Shown piece by piece: positions 24,586-37,160 of a DNA stretch of 64,000 nucleotides. Origin of the DNA: Octopus vulgaris (Eukaryota); contig OX597814.1 in NCBI GenBank assembly GCA_951406725.2, positions 186,310,001-186,374,000 of the forward strand. The letters run 5' to 3'. A program made the translations under genes and the position numbers. The notes beneath the pieces are model-generated. The model saw only the letters and a list, made by a program, of their open reading frames with translations, was not told where the DNA came from and searched no databases. Position 1 is the first letter of the stretch. Each line of letters starts with the position of its first letter.

Positions 24586-24631
24586 ATGGAACTGGTATCC
24601 AGTGTTCTTTTTGTATTGTGCTTAATCTCAG
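24586..24631 (+). CDS. Candidate first coding exon encoding a signal peptide (MELVSSVLFVLCLIS-)
   Basis: Acceptor tttttatcctag ends at 24570. Start context gacATGG, 15 mostly hydrophobic codons, then a possible phase-1 donor CAG|gtggga at 24632. No downstream exon confirmed. Confidence 0.35.
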
Positions 24632-25456
24632 GTGGGATACTATGCAACAGTGGGCAATCAGCAATAAACAAAGCCTGCAATATGAAACTGAAGTTTAAAA
24701 TATGTCTTCAATCTACAGGAGATGTGGTAGAAGAACAGATCAGAAGTTTGTTCATATTGATATTCAGAGTATTAGAGTTCAACTTGAAAACATTTGAAAA
24801 GAATTAATATAATTTATTGTTTCTTTTACAAGTCTATCATTTTTAGAACAAACTACATTACTTTCTTTCGCTTCTTTTTTTTGTTTTTTTCTTTCTTCCA
24901 TATCTATTTTGTAATAGCATTTGATTTTTTTTTTCCACGTTTTTCTATCCATAAATGTAGACTCTTTAGTATATAATTATGTCTAATTTAAAATCATTCT
25001 CACTTGTTTGGTGTTTCTTTCCTTCTATTTCTGAATTGCATTTACGTAAGATACCAATTAGATAAGGACAAATCTACTGCTTTTAGGTTTCCCTGAGTAA
25101 AATAAATAATTAACATGATATTGAATCCTCTCAAGCTGCACACACTGAAAACTTTCCAACATGAAATATAGGAAACCCATCAGTACTTAATAGTCAGACA
25201 GATTCATAGAAGGAAGTGTTTTGTAACTGAGAAGAAGCTTATTTATTTGTTTTTTGTTTTTTTCACCAGATTTAAACTTGATAATACTAAATGGAAACTT
25301 GTATGTACTCCATTTATTGATGAACATTAACAGTTTTAGTTTAGTTTGAGACAAACTGCTAAGTCTTGTGAGTGGATTTAGAGAATGGAAACTGAAAGAA
25401 GCCTCTCATATATCTATGTACATGGATACACACACACACACACACACACACACGTA

Positions 25457-25798
25457 CCAGGGTATGCTGTAAAGTTCCTGGCTGTAAGGGTATTGCAATA
25501 GGCCTGATTGGAGGCCCAGCCTTTCGAGTTCTTTTGCAGGGCTTAGAAAAACTGAAGGACTACTGCAATAAGTGTGTCTTGGAGTAAATAATTTTGATTA
25601 GATCTTACAGTAGAGGAGAAAAATTTTTTTTTAATGAAATACTGAAAGCATAAAAAACATATTTTTACATATAAATTTAAAGAGAAAAATCTCTTTGTTA
25701 GCATTTCACTTTTGCATACCATGTTGAATAAAATCATAATTAACTGATCCTCCTGTATTTTCTTTTACCCAAAGTCAAGAACTTTTCAGTACCCACTT
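25457..25798 (+). mobile_element. Mariner-derived MITE with internal captured host DNA
   Basis: Decayed TIRs (ta)ccagggtatgctgtaaagttcctggct / agtcaagaacttttcagtacccact. Remnant of a mariner transposase C-terminus (tgcaataagtgtgt ... atgttgaataa, CNKCV...VE*) split by the insert at 25577-25722. Confidence 0.75.
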
Positions 25799-27468
25799 CA
25801 ATGTGTGTGTATATATATATATATATGCATACAGATGTATATTATCAAGTCAGTCTTTTATTACTCTGACTGTTTTGCCTGTGGGTATATAGGCAAGTTA
25901 TCACTTTCTCACTCTGTCTCTTTCTCTTGTGTGTGTGTGTGTGGACACATGTGTATATGTGTGTTTATATTTGTGCTTCTCCGAAAATCTCTCAACTATG
26001 GATGATACTGTTACTGTCATTTCCCTTATCAACAGGTTATCCGCTAGCTTTGTACCTTCAACGAAGTGTAGAATAAGATATCCCTTGCTTGAAAGACAGG
26101 ATACAGTTAGTTAAAAGCAGGAAGGGTGTCCTGTTGTAAAACAATGTCTCAATAATATTTTCGTCTAACCCATACTAGTAGGGAAAAAACACATCTAAAT
26201 GAATGAATGAATTATGCATCTACACACATTAAAAAGAGAAGAATTCTGGATATTTATTCTTGACTAATTACTCATGCACGTCATTCCTCTCCTTTTGTTT
26301 CTGTGACCATATATATTCCTTATGGAATCTGTTCTCTAAGACACAAAAGCTTTATTTTTATGGATCATTTTCTTCAGTTTTGTTTTGTGTGTTATTTTGA
26401 TATAAATCATTTAAATTAAAATGTCAGAGCTATGTCTTTAGACCTGATATTTTTATTGGAAATCTTTAGAAATGGCTTCTCTCTAATCCTGTATGCTGTC
26501 CTGTCTATGTTGCCTTTTATGAAGAATGCTTATATTCAATTTTTTTATTTTGTTTATGAATGAATGTAAAATAAATTGAGTACTAGGAGGATGTGGTAAG
26601 TGCTACAGATATAAACTTTTGATGAGTTATCTTGACAACCAACTTCATTTCCTGATTAGAACCTGGTAATATTACCATCACTACTAATTATTGTTACGTT
26701 CTCAATTTTCCTCCTCTGTAAAATGTGGTCTTGTGTGTAAATTAGAAATCACTATTCTTGAAACTGGTTTAGATTATTCACATAATAGAGTTGCTGGTGT
26801 TTCATATTTCTGGAATTAATTTATGTGAAAGTGAAATTTGTCATTTATATTCTAGGGATTTAGGTGGTCAATAAATTCAGCACAGGTGAGATTCTAGTAT
26901 TGAGTTAATACAGATTAAATGCCAATATAGCAGAATTTCCATTATGGCAAAATTTGTTTTAATCTCTGGCTGTGTAACCCTGTTGAAACAATGCTAAAAA
27001 GTCTTACTGTAATGAATAGATATTTCACTACAACAAAACAAACTTGAATCTCCCACAGGCCTAAATTTCTTGCTGCTATTGAAATGAAAAGCAGAAAGCT
27101 AAAAATCGTTTTTGTCAAGTCCTGTTATGTTGGTCATATATATATGATAGAGAGAATATCAAGAATATCAATTGGCAAAGACAATATGACAGAAGTCTGA
27201 TTCTTTTAATAGTGAGTAAAAACACTGTATTAACAGAAGTTGTGCCTGTCAAGTGCACTAAATACAAAGTAGTCCCATATTTTGTTTATGCATATACTGA
27301 ATCAATTCAGTAAACTGTACCCATTCCTTTACCATTTTGCAGTTTTGTATTGATGTGAAAAATCATTTTCAGAGTACCAATTTAGTTTATTGTAACCCTT
27401 CTTAAGAAAGGTTTGACCTTGGCCTTGTATCTTTAGTGAAAAGTAATCATTCCTGTTATTATTATTAA

Positions 27469-27881
27469 GGCAGTGAGCAGGCTGAATCCTTACCACTCAA
27501 GGCAAAATGCTTTGTGGCATTCGTCCGTCTTTACATTCTGAACTCGGATATAGCCAAGGTTGACTTTGCCTTTCATCCTTTCTGTGTTGATAAAATTAGT
27601 ACCAGTTGTGTTCTGGGGTTGATGTAATCGATTTACCCCCTCCCCTGAGATAACTGGCCTTGCACCAAAATTTGAACTCGTTATTATTAAGGCGACAACC
27701 TGGTAGAATCATTAGCATGCCAGGCAAAATGCTCAATGGCATTTCACCCGTCTTTACATTCTGAATTAAAATTCCACCAAGGTCAACTTTGCCTTTCATC
27801 CTTTTAAGGTTGATAAAATAAGTACCAGTTGATCACTGGGATTGATGTAATCAACTTGTGCCAAAATTTGAAACCATTATA

Positions 27882-27913
<32 letters not shown>

Positions 27914-28312
27914 CATCATTATAGCATCAAGCTGGCAGAATCGTTAGCACACTGGACAAAATGCTTGAGTTCAAATTCTGCCAAGATCAACTTTGCCTTT
28001 CATCTTTTAGGGGGTCAATGAAATAAGTACCAGTTATGCACTGGGGTTCATGTAATTGACTAACCCCCTTTCCCAAAATTTCAGGCCTTGTGCCTATAGT
28101 AGAAAGGATTATTATTATTAGGATGGTGAGCTAGTAGAACCATTAGCATGCTGGACAAAATGCCACTGTCCTTTTTTATGTTGTGTTCAAATTCCTCCAA
28201 ATTTGCCTTTAATCCTTCAAGGTCAATAAGTTGAATACTGGGGTCAGTGTAATTGACTTACCTCTCCCTTGAGCTTGCTGGCCTTGTGCCAAAATTTGAA
28301 ACCATTATTATT
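27469..28312 (+). mobile_element. Head-to-tail array of four family-B SINEs separated by (ATT)n
   Basis: Copies start at ~27469, 27691, 27923 and 28121. Each has a B-box-like motif and the ctttgcctttcatcc..agtaccagtt..ctggggtt core. Confidence 0.92.
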
Positions 28313-29816
28313 ATCAAAATAGGATTTAATCCCAAAAAATGTAAGATATATATGAGAACAAGTGAATTGGCCACAACAAATCATTTTAAAAAGAATATCT
28401 AAATAAGAGATGTAGATAGATGGTTTGTGTTATAATGATGAATTCTTTGTGAATGAAGTTTAAGACTATCAAACCCAAAGTCCCTTCCATTAATACAAAA
28501 CTTTGTGCTTAATTGAGAAATTATCTTTGAAAGCTTACTTAAGTAAATTTCATCTTTTACTCTTCCTTCACCTTTAAAATGTGTTGCAGGTATAAAAATT
28601 AGATCAATTCAGTGAAGAACACCTTCTCCGCTTTAAAACAAACCTTGTACATTATCAAAAGAAATTGTTAATCATAAAGGCAATAGTCAGATAGATAGAT
28701 AGAATACTGGATCCCTACTTCTTTAGCTGAGTTCAAAAATCTACTGTAGATATTAGTTGATAGGAATAACATTGACTTCTACTTCTGTAATAAATTATTA
28801 TTACTATTACTGTAGCAATAACAAATTGGTTTTTAATATATGGAAGCTGCAATCAATTTTTGTTTTCATTTGGAGTTGTTTCTTTAATTCTATTATTAAT
28901 GATACTGCTAGGAAAGACATGAATAGTGTAAACTTCCATTTTCCCCATTAATATTAACTAAGTCTCAAGAAAGAAATCATAGTCATCATCTTGTTCATTA
29001 CTATTATTATCAATAATTTTAATTCTAACTCATGATTCACAACATACATATGAAGTATACAACATATTGCCTTTGGAAGAAGGCCATTCAAAATTATAAT
29101 TAATTATTTCCAGTACAGGAAATGGTTTGCTTTTGAGTTACGAAGACTTAATTATTTAACATTACATATATTTATACTAAATAAATAGAACTTATTTTTC
29201 TTTTTAAATTTGCTTCTGGTTTTAGAAATGTGTTTGCTTTTAAAATAATTCCCATTTTTATTTAACAAATAAATAATGGAAAATATTTTAATTGCTAAAA
29301 GTTATACATTTTGCTGAGATTAAACTTTAAAAATATTTTGCAGTAGCATTCACTTTATTTTCTTTCTAGTTTTCTTTTTTCTCCAGTTGTTCTTGTGTGA
29401 TGAAGACTGTTGTGCAATTTATTATAGAGGAGCTGCAATTTAGCTAAAAGTGGTGGAATTGATATAATATAAAACCTATAGTCTCAAGAAGTTTTCTAGT
29501 AGCAATCTCAGTTAGTTGCAAATTACCGATAGTTAATTGTGATGTATTTATATAGTGTTACATTATTTTCTTGAAAGCTTGACTGATTAACCTAGCAGAT
29601 AAAAATAATTTCCTCTTTTCGATTGTTTATGAGTAATAAATATTAGGATTAATGTAATGTATTTTCATGTGAGTTTTATTTTAAAGTACAAACTTTTAAA
29701 ATTATCTTTAAAATGCATTTAAGAATGAAATTTGTGTGTAATATTTATCACTCACCAGGATAAAATTTGTATAAGTAAAAATACATAGAGAATGGTCATT
29801 ATTGATTTGTTGCTAT

Positions 29817-29963
29817 TCTTGGAGTAAATAATTTTAATTAGGTCTTACAGCAGAGGAGAAAAAATTTTTTTTACGAAATACTGAAAGCATTAAAACCATA
29901 TTTTTTACATATAAATTTAAAGAGGAAAATCTCTTTTGTTAGCATTTCACTTTTTCTTACCAT
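29817..29963 (+). repeat. Probable donor of the ~146-bp direct duplicate at 25577-25722
   Basis: tcttggagtaaataatttt..cttacag..gaggagaaaaa..gaaatactgaaagcat..ttacatataaatttaaagag..gttagcatttcactttt aligns end to end with scattered substitutions. Confidence 0.92.
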
Positions 29964-32900
29964 ATTAATAACTGGTTTTTTTTTTTTTCAAATATAGGTG
30001 CTAATAAATTAGGGGAACTATTTTTTTTATTTTACATTAATTTGTTGTTGCTATATAAGTACCTATATGTAAATCACATAGCAAACTGGGAGATTGAACT
30101 TCACTGCATGAACTTAAACATTATCAGGTTTGACATTGGAACTCTTTGCGTTCTGCTCGAGTTAGACTTAATTAAAAGCAACACATTATAGTATTTCATT
30201 TCAATTAAATCACTTCATTTTTTCTCTTTTTTTTTCTTTCATAAAAAAAACTATAGTTGAATGGGAAGATGTGGGTGGGATGCAAACATAAATCATTTTA
30301 GTTGAGAAAATAACTTCAAACAGTACTTTCATTAGCACTAACATTTTCAGATTTGTTTTCATCATCCTAGTCTCTTTCACTATGAAATTAAACACAATAA
30401 TTATATTTTGAAATGTTACTTCCATACTTTTACTATAATTTCTCTTTTTTATTTACTCTCCCTCTCTCTCTCTTTCTCCAGCCATTTATATCCTTCCTAG
30501 ATGTCAGTAATAACACAATATAGCACACAAGTCTAATATACATTCTGACATTATAAATGAGAGAAAATTCCCTGAACATTTAATGTGTCTATAAAGTGGA
30601 AACTTATCAATTAGGAATTCTATCAATTTTTTTTTTTTAAGCTCACCATTGCCAATAATAAGCATCTGCGAGATATAGTTCAAAAAAGGCTTTCTTATTG
30701 CCAGTTGCAAATTGCTTTCATACACATTTTGAAGACATCAGCTTATTTTTCTGATAGAAAATGGGGAAGGGGAGAAATTCTCTAAATAGCTGATTAATTT
30801 TAGATGATGTTTTTTAAAAAGAAAAAAAAATACAGCAAATATATATCAAGAAAAAATAGTTTAGATTATGTTAGCTTAAGTTTGGAGAAAATTTAGCATT
30901 AAGTACAATTCTGTCTTTTTAATGTCATCTACTAAAAATGAACTCTTGACATCGATTTTTTTTTTATATATATTTACTTTATATCAACTAGATTTTTTTC
31001 CTGAAGGATTTTGGAAGACTCATTTTATCACACTGTGTTTATTTAACATAACATTTGACATAAATTGTGCAAAGTAAAGAGACCACTATATGATCACTTG
31101 ATCTGCTAGGAATAGCTACAAAACCTCCCTATCTTATTAAAAGGTTAATTTGATAATGTAATAAGACAGGAGGTCAGGGTTGGAAAAACCTTTGGTTATG
31201 GATCTACTTGATCAAAGCTGGTCTGTTATCAAACATCTGATGTAAATGAACTGCATTTTTAAAAATGGTTTTAAAGAAATATTCATTTCTTCTATATTGT
31301 GGATTCTTGCACGAAATTCAATAAACCTCTTTGGAGTAAAAGAAAAGGCACATACTAAAAGTGCTTTCATTAATGAATTTATGCATGTGCGCAATATTCA
31401 TTAGGGCCTCAATTAAATATTTAAGTCTTTTTTGTCAGTACTATTTATTAGACAGCAATTTGATGCTTTCTGTATCATTTATTATTTGTTAATCAATGTT
31501 GTAGCTTTACTCTTTGTCACTCAGCAATCAACAACTCTGCTCTATCTACGGTCTGTTAAATAGATACACTACAGATTTATGCCAGGCACTCGGTGCTATG
31601 TAATTTACTGAAAAACTCAACAATGCTGTTAACAGGAAAATATTGAGAAATTGCTATGGCTAAATGTATGTGAAGCTGATCTTAAGTGTTATGTGCATAC
31701 AACCCATTACAAACCTTGAGATATCACTATTCTTACTTTCTGTTCCACTTAATTTGGCACCAGAAAAGAAAGAACAAGTTAGTAGTGGAGTAGTGAAGCA
31801 AACAGAAAACTTGTACATATTATATGATTTACCATGTTTTGATTATATTGATCTAGCTCTCATATAACAGAAATTTGTGGTCAAGTACACAGTGACACAC
31901 TAGTTTTAATCCTGTGAACTATTGCTTATAAATCTGCTATGGTCATTTGTGGAAGCATGTACTCTATCATAGTAATTTCCTTTGTCTATTGTACTGATTT
32001 ATATACATCTTCAATAACCTACTATACCATCTATCTAACTACAAACACAAGAGTTATGTATGTTACTTTTTGGAGTTTGTTAGCTATATTTGCCAGGTAC
32101 CATGTAAGTACTGAATTTGGTGAGATCGTTATAACCAAAATGGAGATTCCACTATATTACTTTCTATCTCATTAAGCATCTACAGAAATAGATAAGAAAA
32201 ACTTGTTTGCAAGTAACAAAATAGATAGATTTAACTTGAAACAATTGAATTCATCAACAATTAGTCACCATTGTTTTCTACAACACCTCTTCCATGACCA
32301 CCACTGTTACCACTCCAGCAAATAGCTCTTACTCTTTCCTACAACTACTATTACAAACAGTATTAGTAAAAAGCACCACAGTTGCAATCATTTCTCACTG
32401 CTAACATCACTATCGCACCTAACAATAATACTGTCTAATAATACTATTTCTATTGTTGAATCACTTCTATACTATAGTTTTTTCCACTGCTTTTCTTGAC
32501 ATTTTATATTCCTTTTAGCAATTAATATTGTTACACTTGTCTTTTAACATCTTAGTTCTCTGTGATATGAATTCACTGAGTAGTTTGTATTTCTTAGTTT
32601 GAATGATTTTTCTTTACAACTTTATATAGTGAAACTCTCAAACCTTCTTCTCCTAAAAAAAAAATTTTTTTTTAAAGTTGGGGGTGGAGGATTAATATGC
32701 TATTTTTATATTCTTTGCCTTATTCCATTTCTTCATTTAGTTTTAGTACTTTGAGGTTTACTTCAGGCTTTCCTGTTACTTTCAACTTCATGCATTATCT
32801 TTTGTGATATTTGTAAAATTTCCTCTGATTTACTGCCTCTAAAGAGAACCTAGACTGTAGAACATCAACATAAATGCATCACAGTTTAAGCCTCTGAGAT

Positions 32901-35485
32901 CTATGTTCAAATTCTACCAGATTAAGGCTATGTTATATTTCTCTCTAAAATGAATATTTAAAAAATAAGTACCAGAGATATATTAGGATGGTTCAAATAA
33001 AATAACTTCATTCTAGCCACTTCCTCCCGAATTATATTTTACCTAATAAAAAGAACTTCTAATTTTTTTTCCTATTTAGAAAAATGGTTGTGTATGTATT
33101 TCCTCCACTTTCAGAAATTAAAATAAGTAAATAAATAAATTGCCAAAGCAATTATTATCTGTATAAAAAGGAAAATGATAGATTTTCTTAATTGAATAGT
33201 CACTTTGTTAAATGTTAATGTATCTCTAAAACATACAAAAGTTACACTCCCTTTTTGATTAGGAATGCTGTTAATTTATAAAATATATACTGAAGAGTAT
33301 AGTGAAGAGTTTTCTCTGTGGAAAACACCTGGTTCTTGAGGTGTTGTTTGCAATAAGAAACAAAAAACACCTAGGAAATAATACTGAATCTTATTTCTGT
33401 GATTGTTTTTTTTTGTATAATATAGTTTATCTTTGACATTCCAAGGCTTTTTCATATCTGATATTCTTATCCTGAAGCTGCAATTTATTTTTCCTGTCTT
33501 TCTTTTCATTATAGTGAAATGTTAGGTTTTTTTTTTTTACATTGATAACACATTTGTTATATATAATATTAAAATATTCTGCATAATTCCATAATTTTCA
33601 GTAAACAAAGCTTAATTTATTTGACAAAATTGAAGTGTTATTAATTAGAATTAAACAGAATAAATTGGAAAGTTTGTAGACAGGTGACATTTTAAAAAGT
33701 TTTGTCTTCTAATTGAGTACAGTATGAATTTTAAAATCTTATACCAACAAGTTAAATCCAGTCTATAAAAGATGGACATTTATGAATTTCAGTCAGGTTC
33801 TATCCTTTTGTTAAGTGTCCTACCTGTTAGAAGCTTCAAAATATATATTCAAAGAAAAAAAAAATTCTTTTACCATCTTAGTGCTATGTTATTTCACATT
33901 GTGCTTTTTATTTCAACCTATCCCAATCTTTAGTGAACATCTTGGATTTCATGTCCTTTGTCCAGGCATTTGTTTCTAATCTAAAGAAAGAGCTACTTTC
34001 ATGTACAGGTTGTTTTAGTTGTCAGCAAAACAGAAGGAATATAAAGTACTTCACTCTGATATTTCGTGTATTTAGATCAAATACAAACTCCTTTTCTGTT
34101 TCACTGACTTTTTACTGTCAGCTTTGCAGTACTAGAAAAGCTACTAGTCTCTGTTGGGTATTTGATAAGAAAAGTTAGTTCTCCATTTTCAACTACCAAA
34201 CAGAATACATATGTTGTAGTATGTTGCATCTGGTCAGGAAATTAAGATCTATTGTTTTTTCCTTGTACAAAATTGGAATGTATATGATTGTTTCCTGTGG
34301 CAGAATTAGTAGAGTAGCTTTAAGTAGAGATGATGTAGAGCAAAAGAAATTTTTCAGCTTCATTTGGTCTATAAAAATGAGGTAGACAATAACTTGATTT
34401 GGGTTTTTTTCTATTTTCTTTTCTTTTTTTTTTTCCTTTTTCTTTTTGCATTGTATCGATACAGCAAGTTGTAAAAGAACTATCCTAAATTAATAGGTTC
34501 CAGTAAGTGAGAGAGATTGTATGTTCTGAACATTTGAGCTGATTGATCATTTTCACATTGATATTAGTTTCGTGGTGGGCAAAGCTATACCATACCAAGA
34601 GACATGCCTCTTTTTTAAGGAAATAAAAGCAAAATTAGAAACTGAGTCCATTGTAGATGTAATACAGTTTTACATGTCCTTTTAATGTAGACTGTATGGT
34701 GTGAGAATAAATACAGAGTAAATGTGACTGATGTAATTTGCTCATAAAATAGGGAATACATCAAGAGATATACAAACTATTAGCATCAAAAACCTATACA
34801 TGAACTGTAGGTAGACACTGAAATAAAAAGGTGAACAAGAAAACTGAAAGCTGGAAATAATTTTTCAAAAGGACAAAAGTACTATATTTCCCCAGTATTA
34901 ACAAAAAATAAATTTTTTAAAAATACTACAAAATATGAGTGGTTTTTAATGTTATAAAGTAATCAATTGTTGATCGGTTTGAAGCTAGTTTTATCTAAGA
35001 TCTAACAGAGATTTTCTATTATATCTATCATAACCTTGAAAAGACTGAAGTTTACAAATGGATTGTTAGTATGTCAAATCAGGTTTTTCTTTACCTTTAC
35101 AGGTTTCTTTTGTGCTTTCTGTATGATATTGCTAAGTGGTTGGAAGGCTGGATAACACTAACTCATGTTGAATGTGTTTGAAGTCTCTTAAGCCTATAGT
35201 CTTTTTTACTGCACTTCATTTTTGCAATGGAAGTGTCCAGTGAAGTGTTATTGAGTGCAGAGATGACTCTGACAAAATAGAGTAAATATTAGGTCTTTAC
35301 AACTGTTGCACCAGGAAACAAGGGGTACAAATATTGACAATATGTGCAATGGAAGGCTTAAAAGGTATGATAACTGCAGCCTGAAAGAATAGATTTGTAA
35401 AGTGAAACAGTGTGAATTAAAATTTTTAAAAACTAATTTTAATCCAGCAGTTTTTAAGATTTCTTAATAATAATGGAAGTATAAA

Positions 35486-35699
35486 GGTGGTGAGTACATC
35501 ACCTTTAGTACACCAGGCAAAATGCTTAACAATATTTTGTCTGTCTTTACATTCTGAGTTCGAATGCTGCTTGTGTTGACTTCGCTTGTCATCCTTTTGA
35601 GGTCAGTAGATTAAGTACCAGTTGGACACTGGGGTTGATCTGATCGATTTACCCATCCCCCGAAAGTGCTGGCCTTGTGCTAAAATTTGAAACCAATAT
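35486..35699 (+). mobile_element. SINE family B copy
   Basis: Similar to 18847-19071. Candidate 14-bp TSD taatggaag(t/g)ataa at 35471-35484 and 35700-35713. Confidence 0.88.
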
Positions 35700-36811
35700 T
35701 AATGGAAGGATAATTTTCAAAAAACACAGTAAAACAAGATTGTTGACAAATTGAAAAAATACTGTCTGTTTGAAAACAATACTGTCTAGCTTTTCATTCA
35801 TGATCTAGACATATGCACATTTTTGTCTGACAAACTGTAATGCTGTTCTTATGTGGACATATACCAAAATTTTATTGCGGTTAGAATTAGATTTTGTGAT
35901 ATTTACACCTTTCCCAAGGACATTACAATAGCACTGAAGTAAATTATCTTCAACCATAGATGAGACTAGATCACTCAGCTTATTGAGATCTCCTTCTTAC
36001 ATATTTTAGTGCATATTAATAATTTAGATAGTTTTACTTTAATAAGGACAGCTAATTCTTCACTCTTATATAATTTAACAGACACTTATTTATTCCTAGG
36101 ATTTGGTAGCAGAAGTTGAAATTCTTCTCTTCTGACTTAAGTTGAGGCTCCTTACTCAATACATTGATGGATGATACCATATAAAATTCCTCTTCTATCT
36201 GTTTGCTTTTGTTTTCTTCCTTTTGTTTTTATAACATTGTTTTGTTGAATGATATTGATTTTTTTTTATTGTTTTCACATGAAACATTGACTATATACTT
36301 CTTAGGTCTAGAGTTAAAATCTATTCTAATTACCATCCTTTATAATCAATTTCCTTTAGTTATGCATATAAGAACATTTTTTTGTAAAGGAGGGGGAATA
36401 TAACAAGTTCAGTCAAATTCCAGTGGCTTACTGGAACTAGTCTGGGTCTTTGTTATTTACATTATTTTCCACAGCCCTTTTGTATTTTCATTTACTGTTT
36501 TACATTTATTTTTTTGTTATGCTTGTATGGTGCAATTATTTTTACAGTTAGATGCCATTCTTCCTGGTAACCATTCAACTGTGAAGTAGGAATGAGCTTG
36601 TTTGTATTCAGTGAGTAACACTAGAGCAAGTTAAGTTTGATACTTTGCTCATGAGTGCAATACCGTGGCAGTGGAAAGATCTAAGCATATTACCATGTGG
36701 CTAATTGTCCAACACCTTAACAGCATAGCTATTGTTCATCTGAAAATCCCAGTTCCCCTGCTGAGAATGAAACATGAGCTAATAATAATAATAATAATAA
36801 TAATAATCCCA

Positions 36812-37160
36812 ATCCCTTCTGCTATAGGCACAAGGCCTGAAACTTTGCGTGGGAAGGAGCTAGTCAATTACATCAACCCTAGTGTTCAACGGGTACTTAT
36901 TTTATCCACCCTGAGAGGATGAACGAAAAAGTCAACCATGAACTCAGAATATAAAAACAAATAACAATTCTGCCAGCTCACTGCTTTCAATAATAATACT
37001 AATCCTTTCTACTAAAGGCATAAAGCCTGAAATTTGGTAGGAGGGGACTAATTACATCAACCCCAGTGTTTCACTGGTACTTAGTTTTATCAACGCTGAA
37101 AGGATGAAAGGCAAAGTCAGCCTCAGTAGAATTTGAACTCAGAATGTAAAGACAGGCAAA
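36812..37160 (-). mobile_element. Two tandem family-B SINE copies in (AAT)n
   Basis: Two reverse-complement matches (~36812-36990 and ~37002-37160), flanked by (AAT)n. Confidence 0.85.
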
